Shown piece after piece: positions 1 through 10,900 of a stretch of 64,000 bases of DNA. The notes beneath the pieces are model-generated. The model worked only from the letters and a program-made list of their open reading frames with translations, made no database searches and was not told the origin of the DNA. Source of the stretch: a virus; IMG/VR virus record IMGVR_UViG_3300036861_000330, positions 1-64,000 of that record. The stretch is one strand, 5' to 3'. Numbering within the stretch: the stretch's first letter is position 1; each line of letters opens with the position of its first letter. Both the position numbers and the translations under genes were made by a program.

Positions 1-126
1 ACATACCATACATACCATACATACCATACATACCATACATACCATACATACCATACATACCATACATACCATACATACCATACATACCATACATACCATA
101 CATACCATACATACCATACATACCAT
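1..126. repeat. Tandem 9-mer (ACATACCAT)x14
   Basis: Perfect tandem repeat at window start; could be a terminal repeat or an assembly artefact. Confidence 0.9.
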
Positions 127-139
127 AGTAGTGGTATGG

Positions 140-192
140 TGTAGTACATACCCTATGCGTAGTACATACCCTATGCGTAGTACATACCCTAT
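140..192. repeat. Tandem 18-mer GTAGTACATACCCTATGC x3
   Basis: Read directly; shares the ACATACC core with the 9-mer. Confidence 0.85.
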
Positions 193-199
193 AGACGTG

Positions 200-230
200 A
201 AAAAGGGCCTTCGTACAGAAGGCCCTTTTT
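200..230. terminator. Bidirectional intrinsic terminator
   Basis: GAAAAAGGGCCTTC-gtaca-GAAGGCCCTTTTTC, just downstream of the minus-strand operon. Confidence 0.8.
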
Positions 231-243
231 CTGGTGGTACGGG

Positions 244-384
244 CTACTTACCAGCTACGTACCTTTCGAGGAATTCGCGGAGTACGGCCGAGAGATCCGT
301 CCCATCCTGTTTTGCCCTCATCTGCGCCGCTTGCCAGAGTTCGTCCGAGATGCGAATGTGGCGACCCTTGGTACCCTTAGACAT
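244..384 (-). CDS. Ribbon-helix-helix DNA-binding protein
   Basis: MSKGTKGRHIRISDELWQAAQMRAKQDGTDLSAVLREFLERY: beta strand plus two helices, Arc/CopG pattern. Confidence 0.75.
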   Translation of the reverse strand: MSKGTKGRHIRISDELWQAAQMRAKQDGTDLSAVLREFLERYVAGK

Positions 385-385
385 C

Positions 386-592
386 TTAGAACCCTTCGCG
401 CTTCTCGCCCGGCTTGAGGCGCTTGAACGTAACGACCCGAACCTCGATCTCGGCACTCTCGACTGGCTTAGCCGCCATGCGCCGCTTGGCCGCCATGTGC
501 CGCTCGGCCCAGATGTCAAGATCGAACTCGCCATCCGACATGTCGAGACTGTCGAGTGCATCCCGGATGCTCAGCTTGTCTGTCTTGTCCAT
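386..592 (-). CDS. Hypothetical protein
   Basis: 68 aa, tightly packed in a three-gene minus-strand operon. Confidence 0.6.
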   Translation of the reverse strand: MDKTDKLSIRDALDSLDMSDGEFDLDIWAERHMAAKRRMAAKPVESAEIEVRVVTFKRLKPGEKREGF

Positions 593-602
593 TTTCTTCC
601 CC

Positions 603-773
603 TTAGAAGTCGATGTCGCCTTCGACCATTTCGTACCCGCCGATGTTTTTGTCGTTCTTACGAATCATGACTGCATAGGACCGGCACCTGATCGGAATGT
701 CCGATTTGCGCGACCAGGTGGCGCCACAGTCCTCGCACCCGTAGCGCTTGCGGCTTTTGACTTTCTTGTCCAT
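603..773 (-). CDS. Small Zn-ribbon-like protein
   Basis: MDKKVK...YGCEDCG...IRC; GGAGG Shine-Dalgarno upstream. Confidence 0.55.
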   Translation of the reverse strand: MDKKVKSRKRYGCEDCGATWSRKSDIPIRCRSYAVMIRKNDKNIGGYEMVEGDIDF

Positions 774-2442
774 TTTTGCCTCCTGGCCCTTGGTCCTTCG
801 GTGTGTCCACACCTTACCACCACCCAGCGGAGTGTGTCTACACCCAAGTGACCGATTTGATCGAAATTTCGTGAAATTCGCAAAGGTCCCTTTTTGCGGC
901 CATCCCGGGCGAGCGCACCCACAGGTAGGTGGTGGTGCGAGTCGAACTACTCGGGCGCCTTAGGTGGGTTGCCGATCTCGACAACCTTGCGCGGGGCCAT
1001 ATGGCCACCATATGATACCGCTTGATACCTCACTGTCCACTTTGTCCGGTTTTTTGTCCACTTCGTCCCTTTTGGTGTCCATTTTGATGTCCATTTTGTC
1101 CGCCTTACGACAACATATGGCACCACGTATGGCATCGCCTGAGACGGCCTGAGACACACTGTCCCATTGCTGTTCCAGTTTTTTTCGCTTTTGTCCGGTT
1201 TTTTGTCCGGTGTGTCGGTTTTTTGTCCGATTTTGTAGATATGCGTGGTATGCAATACATTGACTTTCGTGAAAGTGGTGTTTTTCAAAACAGACACATT
1301 ACATCTATGGGTATACTTGACCTAAATGCCTCCCACCAGGCACGATAGCGAGAGTATACAATAGACGGTTGACTGTACAACTAAAAAGGTAGACTTGCGT
1401 GGGATATGGCATATGACTGAATTTGATCCTATATACCCGATAGAGCACCTGTATATACCATATACATATATATATATATACATATATAGTATTATGTATA
1501 GAGAAGGGGATATGCTTGTGAATGCGTTCACAAGCGTGAGGTTAACCGCGTTAACATTCATTTGACAGTGACTGTCAGTTTTTATTCTCTCAGTCCGGAC
1601 ATTGTGGTCATTTCTGTCACAAGATCACGTTTTGGTAACGGAACCAAATGGTGACAGGGTTATACGTGATTTGTCTGGGATGTCCCAAATAGTCGGTTGT
1701 GCCCAAACGCTGGTCATGATAGCTTTGTGGTGCTGGACCAGGAGACCGGAGGGCCGAGAGACCGGATGGTCATTCACCAGTGTTGACAACTCAAGAGTGC
1801 GAGAACCGGAGCCGTCCGACCGGCGGAAACCACGTAGCGCGCAAGTGAACCGTGGGACCACCCGGCAGATGGCAGATGGCAAGTCCGAGTCTGAGAACAG
1901 GTGACGGACACGCTACGTGAGGCGCAACCTCGCTGAGTATGGGTATGAACTACTCATCTCAGTTTGGCCGCTCGGTGGAGTCAAAGGGCAAGACTTGTTC
2001 GGCAGTACCGGTGCTCGCGCGTGACCTTTGAGAATTCAATAGTGACGAAAGCCAATCAGGGAAGTAGGACTTTGGCGTAGCGTTTGGTTCCATTTGCGAT
2101 AACCCGTCTGAGGAAATCCTAGAAATAGGAGATTCTCACTGAGGAGATCCTAGAAATAGGAGGTCCTCACTTGTGAACGGTAAATCACGTGAAAGCGTGC
2201 AATGACTTGTCTCGCAATTCCAGTGAGCGTATCCCGCCTGATTGGTTAGCAGTACTGAGAATTGAATGAATGAATGAGAACACGAAACTGAAACTGCCCT
2301 TTGCCTTTCCGTGCCCTGTGGGGCTTTTGCTTTTGGCGCCGGTGGCCGGTTGGGCAAAGGGTGGGTTTCAGGAATTCGGTTCTCAAGGACCGTACAGTAC
2401 GTACACTGCAAACTGTAAGACGGAACGGACTAGAGGTATGAT

Positions 2443-2910
2443 ATGAACGCGGAAAGGGCTTACTGGCAAGTGGTAGACATGACAAGTGGCGAACCAGTAA
2501 ACAATGCGCAGTTATATGAGGATGTCAGCCTGGCAAAGTATGATGCTGAGTGGGAGCGTTGCGTAAACCCGGACGGGGTTTTCAAGATCCGTGTTGCGCC
2601 AAACAACAACGTTCCGTACTTTGTTGCATCGATGCTGCATGACCGTTTTGCCAATGAAACAGTCATGCACCATCACCTCATTGGTGGCACAGTGAGGAAA
2701 ATCAGGTCGCTTCGGCAAATGCTTTCCGATGTTGAGTCCGGCTCCGCCAAACCAGTGCATATCTACTGTGACCTGTGGGCAAGAGTCCCGTACGAAACAA
2801 CATTTGAGGGCGGGGCCACCGTGCATGCGCGGAAGCTCCGGGGCGAAGCCGGTAAATACTATAGCAATGAGCCAACCAACAACAGCTACTACACACCGTC
2901 AAGCCTGTGA
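2443..2910 (+). CDS. Hypothetical protein flanked by long inverted repeats
   Basis: 155 aa, GAGGT SD. Confidence 0.7.
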   Translation: MNAERAYWQVVDMTSGEPVNNAQLYEDVSLAKYDAEWERCVNPDGVFKIRVAPNNNVPYFVASMLHDRFANETVMHHHLIGGTVRKIRSLRQMLSDVESGSAKPVHIYCDLWARVPYETTFEGGATVHARKLRGEAGKYYSNEPTNNSYYTPSSL

Positions 2911-3067
2911 AAACCCAAACCAACCCAGAAAGCCTGGCCCTGTGTGGCCTACTGGTTGCAGTGTACGTACTGTTCGGTCCTTGAGCGGAAGAATCGTATC
3001 ATTCATTCAGTTCCAATGTCGGTACAATGCGCGCATTCACGCAACCCAAAAAGGGTAATGGTGCGAA

Positions 3068-3256
3068 ATGGCTGAGGTTTTCAAGCTCGTTCCCGTGACT
3101 GCCAAGTGGGATGTCGTCATCGACGGTACCCGGCGCCAGTACGAGGAATACGACATTGCCGAGGCAAAGGAATTCGCCGCGTCGGCGCGAGCAAACGGTA
3201 TCAATGCAAAGGTCGCGGTGTTTCAGCCACGGCCTGAGCCGGTCGAAACCAACTAG
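3068..3256 (+). CDS. Hypothetical protein
   Basis: 62 aa with SD. Confidence 0.6.
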   Translation: MAEVFKLVPVTAKWDVVIDGTRRQYEEYDIAEAKEFAASARANGINAKVAVFQPRPEPVETN

Positions 3257-3574
3257 TGGACATGGACTCAAACCAGCTACAGCAGCTCTCACATACGCTC
3301 CATATGTTTGCCAAGTGGTGGTTTGACCTTGGCTTCAACATGGGTGCGTATGTTGACTGGGCGTATGATGCAATGCCCTGGTTTTGAGTGGAACACGTAG
3401 AATAAGCGAACAGTAGTAAAGCATGCGCGCATTGTTCCGACATTGGGGTTGAACTTGTAAAGGGACTGGGCGACGCAACGTATCGCCAGTCTAGTTTGGC
3501 ACTTCTCAGTATTGCTCACAACCTTAATGATGTTCGTCGTGGTTGTTCACAAAACAAGAGGTAAGAGGTAAACG

Positions 3575-4021
3575 ATGCGTGCAGAAGATGCAGTAACGGC
3601 GAGTACATACTTCGACGCGGCATTTGGTAGTCGGAGAACGTTAGTTGCCCGTGCAAAGCGCGCGCTTGCCGATGTGGAATTCGACACAATGGTCGGGACT
3701 GGACTTTCCGGCGCGCTCGTGATTCCAACCCTTGCCAAAGCGCTCGACGTTGATTTTCTTTTGGTTCGGAAAGACAGTGACGAGTCGCACAGTTCTGGCG
3801 AACCTGCCGGAACCCTTGGCCACCAGTGGATTTTTGTTGACGACTTTGTTTCCACCGGAGCAACGCTCGCGCATGTGCGTTCCGAGGTCGAAGAGTTTGC
3901 AGAAACAAACGATATGGACCCACATTTCGATACCACCTACATGGGTGCATACCTGTACCAAACGTACAGAGGTAGAGGACCTGGATTTTGGCGGCCAGGA
4001 CACGAGTTCCCCCGCTTGTGA
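3575..4021 (+). CDS. Type I phosphoribosyltransferase-fold protein
   Basis: PRPP-binding motif WIFVDDFVSTGATL; also GTGLSG and LLVRK. Confidence 0.85.
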   Translation: MRAEDAVTASTYFDAAFGSRRTLVARAKRALADVEFDTMVGTGLSGALVIPTLAKALDVDFLLVRKDSDESHSSGEPAGTLGHQWIFVDDFVSTGATLAHVRSEVEEFAETNDMDPHFDTTYMGAYLYQTYRGRGPGFWRPGHEFPRL

Positions 4022-4969
4022 AGAGGTAAACGAATATGTATGAACATGTTTCGATGTACGAGGAGTTCGACGAGGAGTTCGACCCTAGTTACGGCGAGCT
4101 GGAAGATCCGCCCGACGACAACTTCGACTACAGCACGAACCGCAGTGACCTGTTACGGATCATTGCCGAGATCGAAGCCGGGTACGGGTTTGGTGCACAG
4201 TGAGAGAGCCAACAGTGCCGTTTGTTGTCGCCAGTATGATTTTTGACAAACACGGTGGCAGTGCATTTTTGCACTGGCATGATCAAGGCGACACTGCCGA
4301 TGGCATCGGCAAATGGAGGCGCAAGTACGGTCTCGACACACAAATGATTGACTTGTGGGCGAGAGTTCCGGCGTCACTACTTGATTCGGAGTTCGGGCCA
4401 GTTCTTGCGGCACAAAACCGTAGAGAGTGTTTGTTCGCGTGAATTCCCGTGACGAGCATCATTTGGGTTGTGAGCAGTAAAGAGTGGAAGAGTTCAAGAC
4501 TCAGTACTGCGGAATTTGGCGCTAGTGTGGCAATTGCCATTCGTGGTGACACGAAAGGTAAATGCTATGCGAAGTGACAAAGTTGTCTGGACTTCCGGCA
4601 GGCCACTGCCGGCCAGAATTGGCGAGAAGGCCACGATTTACCGGAAGCCTCGTTGAACTACAAAACCATTTCCACTGCCCTGTGGGACGTGTGTAAGTGC
4701 GTGGGACCGCCAGCACTGGCATTTCTGGCCGTTCTGTACATGTTTGCACAGTTTTACTATGCAGTGGTTGTTGGTGGCCACCACCAGTGAGAAACGATAC
4801 TGCGGGAATTATGATCCTACTCATTACCGCAGTGAGTCTTGCGATTGGAGTCATGTACTCATACTTTAACCCACAGTAGCCATGTTTGGCAATTGCCATT
4901 CTTGCGCCAAGTTCCTCCATATGAGTGCGTACTGACGGTTCGGTCGGTTCCTACAAAACCCAACAGGTA

Positions 4970-5620
4970 ATGATACAAAGGAACTTGGCAATGCAAGAAC
5001 GAATTGGTTCCCAAGAAATGGCCGAACGTGCGGTGAGTACGTACCGAAACGGTTTTGAGTTTCTCGGAGCTGGTTCATTCCGTTCCGCGTACCTGGGGCC
5101 AGACGGGTTTGTCTACAAAGTGAACCATAACGGCGACTCGCAAATGCAGGCACGCGAGGCAAATGCGTTTGCGCGGTTGCAGGAAAAGGGTTACTCCTGG
5201 GCACCGCAGTACACGCTTTGGGAAACGCAGAACGGCGACGTGGTTGCCATGCCAAAGTATGGGCAAGCTCCTATCACGGAGTTCTATTCCAGCGACGAGT
5301 ATGCTGAAATGAGTCGCCTTATGTACGACGTGAAAGCTACAAACGCCGGCACGCGCGAGGATGGCTCCTACGTGTTGCTTGACGGCGGTGGCTATAGAAA
5401 TTCCGTGTCTCCGTTTACCGACGAGAATAACGACTCTGATGATGATTTCGATGCTTGGGACAACGACTTCGATAACGACTTTTTCAAATTCGATAACGAC
5501 TTCGATAACGACTTCGATAACGATTCTAACGCCACTACTCTGATGACTACTCCGTTGACTACGGCAAGTGTCACTGTCCTGTTTGTGAACGTTCTCCCCG
5601 AGGCACGTGATAGTACGTAG
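4970..5620 (+). CDS. Ser/Thr protein-kinase-like protein with Asp-rich repeat tail
   Basis: LGAGSFRSAY Gly loop, VYKV, DVKATN catalytic loop, LLDGG; start uncertain. Confidence 0.7.
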   Translation: MIQRNLAMQERIGSQEMAERAVSTYRNGFEFLGAGSFRSAYLGPDGFVYKVNHNGDSQMQAREANAFARLQEKGYSWAPQYTLWETQNGDVVAMPKYGQAPITEFYSSDEYAEMSRLMYDVKATNAGTREDGSYVLLDGGGYRNSVSPFTDENNDSDDDFDAWDNDFDNDFFKFDNDFDNDFDNDSNATTLMTTPLTTASVTVLFVNVLPEARDST

Positions 5621-5716
5621 CGACGTGCCGAATCGTCAGTTCGCATTCATATGGAACCTAGTTGCGTGTTAGTATGGTAATTGCTGGTCATGCAACAACC
5701 GAAAGGTAAAAACAGT

Positions 5717-5989
5717 ATGTGCCAGCGGAACATGACCGAAATTGACCCGGCCACGTACAAGATCGAGTCGTTTTTCCACGCCCTTGTCAATGCGAAGTCT
5801 GACATTGACATTTTCGGCGTTGGAATGCTTGACGAGGAATCCAACCTGATTTGCGTGGAGGTCTCAAACCGGCTTAGCGCTGATATCGAGCGGCTCAAGA
5901 ACTGCTACCAGCGTATCGTAAAGACTGATACGGTGCCACACAAACACGACCACGACCACGGCGGAAACGAAAAGGAACTGACACAGTGA
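5717..5989 (+). CDS. Hypothetical protein
   Basis: AAGGTAA SD, 90 aa. Confidence 0.6.
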   Translation: MCQRNMTEIDPATYKIESFFHALVNAKSDIDIFGVGMLDEESNLICVEVSNRLSADIERLKNCYQRIVKTDTVPHKHDHDHGGNEKELTQ

Positions 5990-6323
5990 CCCAGAAGCGC
6001 GAGCAGGCAAACAAGGCCAAAATGCGGGCAGCGGCATTTCGGCGTCGGAACGAGAAGCACCAGACAAAGGCCGGGCGCGAAGTGTCACGGTTCCGTCGGT
6101 ACTTTGAGGACTACCCTGTGTTTCCAAGTCTCTGGTAATGAGCGATCGACTGCTCACACTGATAACCAGACTTCTTGTTATTGTAGTTGCAGTCCGGTTA
6201 CTCTACGTAGTCGTCACCTAAAAACGGTGTGTGTGGCAAGCAATTGCCATTCTTGCACGCAACTAGGAAAACACTGTGTACGTTGTACTGGCGACTTGCC
6301 AAAGCATTGAAAGGTAAAATGCA

Positions 6324-6767
6324 ATGACGAGTACGCTGAATGCAATTCTTTCAGGTGACAAGGCCGAGAATTTTGGCCTTATCACAAGTTCAACAGACTT
6401 GGCTGAGATCGCACAAGCCTTTGTTGATGTCATCGCGACGGTAAGCCAATCCAAAGGCGACGAGTACGGGCGCAAGCTGGACAACATTCTGGCCAACTCG
6501 GGCGAGCACACCCATATGGGAAAACACTGTGTACGTTGTACTCACGTTCACCGCCAGCAGCAAATTGCATTCCTGTTGAACAGCAAGCTCATTCCAATGA
6601 TGCACGCCATCGCCCCTGTGGGCGGGTTTTTTGGGCTGCATCCCGACTCCGAAACTGATTTTGGCTTCTGGTTCAACGGAACCGCTGAGATGGATGCGGA
6701 GCTTGCGGGCAGCTCGGACGGCCCATCCGACGCGGAGCTACAGAACCACCCAAAGGCGAAGCGGTGA
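6324..6767 (+). CDS. Hypothetical protein
   Basis: AAGGTAA SD, 147 aa. Confidence 0.65.
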   Translation: MTSTLNAILSGDKAENFGLITSSTDLAEIAQAFVDVIATVSQSKGDEYGRKLDNILANSGEHTHMGKHCVRCTHVHRQQQIAFLLNSKLIPMMHAIAPVGGFFGLHPDSETDFGFWFNGTAEMDAELAGSSDGPSDAELQNHPKAKR

Positions 6768-7039
6768 AAACCGTTCTGGCGCGTACTCTCCGCAGTGGTA
6801 TGGTTCTTGGCGACAGCAGGATTGTGGAGTTAACTGCGCGATCCATCTCAAACGGTATGGACAGCGTTTCCATTTGGTTTACAAATGGCGATCATGTCAG
6901 ACTCGATGCGAAGCAGCTCGTGCAGGTCAAGTAACAAAAACAAAAACGACATTGGCAAATCGCCAGTTCAACGTACACAGTGAAGCACAACACGCTGTAT
7001 TGAGCGGCCAAATCAGTACCAATACCAAAGGTAACGTAT

Positions 7040-7348
7040 ATGGCCGACTGGATTTACAGAAATTTCGCTGGCATCATTGTCGCGGCAGTGCTGACAGTCA
7101 TCGTGGTTGCAAATCTTGGCACGCTTGCGTATGAGTCCAACAGAAGTGCTAGTAAGACTGCCAAAACCGTGGTGGTCGTCAATGAGGACTCGATGGTGCC
7201 CAATGGTGATTCGTCGCAGTTCAACCTTGTTATTCCCAAGGAATGCATTTCCGCACACGATGACGGTTCACTAACTGTACGGTGCATGTTCAATCAGGGT
7301 AGGTGGCAATTGGCACCTGACCATCGAGTGCCGGTTGTTTCAGAGTGA
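7040..7348 (+). CDS. Membrane-anchored hypothetical protein
   Basis: N-terminal hydrophobic helix. Confidence 0.65.
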   Translation: MADWIYRNFAGIIVAAVLTVIVVANLGTLAYESNRSASKTAKTVVVVNEDSMVPNGDSSQFNLVIPKECISAHDDGSLTVRCMFNQGRWQLAPDHRVPVVSE

Positions 7349-8182
7349 GCGGAGCCGAAGAGTTCCTAACCCATTTTCTCATTGCAAGCCCGTTCATCAT
7401 CATGCTTGCGGTCCTTGCCGACTTACTTAAGTCCGCTCCGAAAGAGTGGCCCAGTGAGCGCATCGACTAAGGTAATGATTACCACTGTTTGCATTGCGCC
7501 ATGGATCGTCTGGATCCATTTCGTTGTGCAAACCGTACTGCAAGCGTAAGGATCGTTTGGCCGCTTTATTCAGCGTGTTGTGCTTTGCAGTATATTGTAC
7601 CGGGTACAACGATGTGGTTGAAACAGACCATCGCGGTGAAGCGTTGTTGTACCCGGTACAGTGTACTGCAAAAGCCTATGTGCAAAGGCAGAAGTGGAGT
7701 GATCCATATGGCTGCCATGAAAGGTACTGATACGGTCTGCATAGCAAAGGTGTTGGCGCAGTGATTTGGGCATACGGCATTACGCCAACCGCAATCGACT
7801 ACACAAGACTGTGCACGCTGTATCGGCTTGTACGGCACGTAGTCGAGCACCATAAGATCGTGTGTGCGGCAATTCTGTTGGTAATTGCAAGTTGGCACCT
7901 GTCGATTACGCACAGTGTCGAGTATGTCCACAAGCTCCGCGAGATCGATACAGGATTTGAGCACCTCTATATCCATCGTCGTGGCGTTTTGTGGGAAATT
8001 AGTCTGGACGAGGAAAACCCGTTTGGGTTTCTCGGTGACGAGACCGATTGCAATGACGACTGTGACGACATGATCCTTAAGGCAGTACTGAATTCGCCAG
8101 AAACGGAACGTTTCTAGCAAATCGAGTACTGACAAACCTACAGCCTTTGCACATAGGCTTTTGGAGTACACTAATAACACAT

Positions 8183-8256
8183 TGGCCAGTAGCTTAACTG
8201 CGCAAAGTGCCAGTCTCCAAAACTGGTGGATAAGGGTTCAAATCCCTTCTGGCCTG
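8183..8256 (+). tRNA. tRNA-Trp(CCA)
   Basis: Cloverleaf, anticodon loop CTCCAAA, GTTCAAATC T-loop. Confidence 0.8.
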
Positions 8257-8595
8257 CGAAAGAGGTTCCCACTAAGAAAAAGGTGAGAATGGCAGTTGCG
8301 ATTTCAATAACACTTGTGACGTTATGGATTTTGCTGGCAATCGCGTCATCAAAACCACGAAAAGGCCCAGGGCACCCAATGGGACGGAGATACTGGTAAA
8401 TGACAACAGCAACAGAGGCGTTAGAACACGCGGAGACCTTGCTTAAATGGGCAGAAACTCAAGCGACCGAAGGAAACTGGGAAACAGCATCAGCGGTAAC
8501 TGACCTTGCCAACGCATGGATTTGGTACGCACGGACAAAGTACCAACGACAGTAGATCAGCGTAGAAACAAGTACAAAAAAGGTAATGATGCACA

Positions 8596-8892
8596 ATGGA
8601 CGGCGCACTGACAATTGGTAGAAACGTCGGCCCAAAACCACTCAATGACCACGATTGGGCACGGTTTGTGCTTGACACTCGTAAGGCAATCGAACACGAC
8701 GGTGGAACCGTGCATGCGGTCGCATTCAGCCACGATGGAACGTGGAGCGGCATGTTAGAGGATAATGCTGTTGTGACGTTTGCTAATGCAAATGGCCACA
8801 AGCTTCCGTACGGTCTCAAGCGACTTGCAAAGCAGTACTCACAAGATGCCATCGCGCTTGTGAGCGGGAAATCGAGGTTGGTAACGCAGTGA
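8596..8892 (+). CDS. Hypothetical protein
   Basis: 98 aa, in operon. Confidence 0.6.
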   Translation: MDGALTIGRNVGPKPLNDHDWARFVLDTRKAIEHDGGTVHAVAFSHDGTWSGMLEDNAVVTFANANGHKLPYGLKRLAKQYSQDAIALVSGKSRLVTQ

Positions 8893-9079
8893 GAAACAGA
8901 GGCGAAATGGAGTTCAGTGACAGTAGTGCGGTTATGACGTTGCGAAACGCTGTCAATGAGGACGAGCGTGAAGCTGCCGCGACGCATTTGGAAGTAAGTA
9001 TTTACGGCGCTGACGAGGATACGCTCCGTGATATCGCGTTTCAATTGCTTGACGGGCTTGAAAACAAGAGGTAAACGAA

Positions 9080-9817
9080 ATGACAAAGACACAAGTCACC
9101 GCGTACGATGAAGCGGCCGAGACACTTGGCAAGCGACAGTCCAGAAAAGTCGGCAACAATACCTATCTGCGACGGCGCGATGAGCACACCATCGCAGTCA
9201 AACTCCACGCAACCGATGTTGTGGTTTTCAACTCAGACGGCACTGTGACACTCCACGACGGTGGCTATTTGACACCCACAACAAAAGACAGGATCAACAC
9301 GTATCTTCCGCGCCCGTACAGGGTGTACTCCGACCGTGGGCAGTGGTACCTCTACGAGTACAGTACTGAACACGGTACGCAAAAGGTCTTTCCGTACTTC
9401 GACGGTATTCGCCTTGCGTTTAACCCGTTGCGAGCAGTGAATGCCAGCGACGGGCCAGACATTGCCAAGCGTGAAAAAGAAAATGCCAAGCTCAAGCGTG
9501 AGATCAACGCCTATGTCGCGCTCTACACAAACGAGCGAGTCAAAGAGCTGCTCGAGTCGGAAACGACAGCCGGTGACTGCCTCTTCTGCCAGTTCACAAC
9601 GGAAGGCGACTCGGTTGGTGATGTAGTTGGTGACGTAAGCCATTTGCGTTACCACCTTGCCGAAAGCTACACGATGATTTCCACGCTCTATAATGCTGTC
9701 AAGGCAAAAGGATACGCAAATCCTGCTGTCATTCTGCGTTATAGCCCGGACTTGGCACGGCGGGCACTTGCTACCTACCTCCGGAATCACTTGCTAAGTG
9801 GCGTCCAAACGAGGTAG
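9080..9817 (+). CDS. Hypothetical phage protein
   Basis: 245 aa, GAGGTAA SD. Confidence 0.75.
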   Translation: MTKTQVTAYDEAAETLGKRQSRKVGNNTYLRRRDEHTIAVKLHATDVVVFNSDGTVTLHDGGYLTPTTKDRINTYLPRPYRVYSDRGQWYLYEYSTEHGTQKVFPYFDGIRLAFNPLRAVNASDGPDIAKREKENAKLKREINAYVALYTNERVKELLESETTAGDCLFCQFTTEGDSVGDVVGDVSHLRYHLAESYTMISTLYNAVKAKGYANPAVILRYSPDLARRALATYLRNHLLSGVQTR

Positions 9818-9824
9818 AGAGAAA

Positions 9825-10355
9825 ATGACAAAGCAGCCTGCAAAGGTAAAAGAGAACACAGAAATGACAAACGACGAAGATCGAATCTTTTATAAGGGTG
9901 TCGAAACCAGTCTCGTCGGGACATATTATGGCCGCACTCCATATCTACCGGGAAAAGTCAAGCGCGCAAGGCGGCTTGATACCGGCATGCACAACTGCGG
10001 TGAAGGAATCAATGCGTGTCGGACGATTGATGACGCATTGAGTTGGGGCAACGTGATTGTCAAGTTACGTCGGCGCTCAAAGAAATTGGTGGAGCCCCCG
10101 CAGAGTAGGGCAAAAGTGCGATTTCTCGCGGCAGAGGTGCTCGATGTCGTAGGAATTGGCACTGGAATTGGTAATGAAGTACTGGACTACCGGCTTACGG
10201 CTGTCAACGAAACCCTCAGCAGTAACGGCTCGACCGTGCAGTACCGGTTTGTTGGCGATGCAAAGGTTCGCGAAAAGGTTCGCGACCGGCCCAACAACGA
10301 TTACCTATACCGTGCCGTCGAGCGAGTTCCGGAAGGCGTTACAGGAGATGAGTAA
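9825..10355 (+). CDS. Hypothetical protein
   Basis: Long ORF in operon; start uncertain. Confidence 0.65.
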   Translation: MTKQPAKVKENTEMTNDEDRIFYKGVETSLVGTYYGRTPYLPGKVKRARRLDTGMHNCGEGINACRTIDDALSWGNVIVKLRRRSKKLVEPPQSRAKVRFLAAEVLDVVGIGTGIGNEVLDYRLTAVNETLSSNGSTVQYRFVGDAKVREKVRDRPNNDYLYRAVERVPEGVTGDE

Positions 10356-10900
10356 TGGCCACGTGAGTGGTTGAACTTCTTAACACAACACAATAGCCCG
10401 GTAACTGGCGAAGCGGTTCGATTCCGCAACCGGGCACAACAGAAAAAGGAAACTACAACATGGATACGTACTGGTTTGATTTCGAAGCAACCGACCGCCT
10501 TAAGTGGCCAAGCCTCTACGGGCGCGTAATTGTTGCCGGTACAGACTACTGGGATGCATTTCTCACGGCGTTTGCGATGGTCTATGGCATGCGTGGTGTT
10601 GAAATGGTCACGCGGCTCGATTTGGTGGTATAACTATGGTTCGGTACCGAATCACGGCACACACAGAAATGGGCACCAAAGGCTATACCGTTGATGTTTT
10701 ACGCTGTAAGGACAATGATACGGCATGCGGTGAGGCAAGAAAACGGTGCGCCAAAGCGCGAGCGATGTATCCTGGCACGTCTCATCTCAGCGTGTATGCA
10801 GAAACGTTTGGCGCCGATGGAAAGCCACAAGAGATGCAGCCAGTTGCGCTGATCGCCGTGAAAAACGGTCTTTACAAGGTTTCCTGAAAGGTAAGTAAAA

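Noticed and set aside
1-126. Telomere-like terminal repeat
   Set aside because: It lies at the window edge and cannot be distinguished from a low-complexity artefact without reads.
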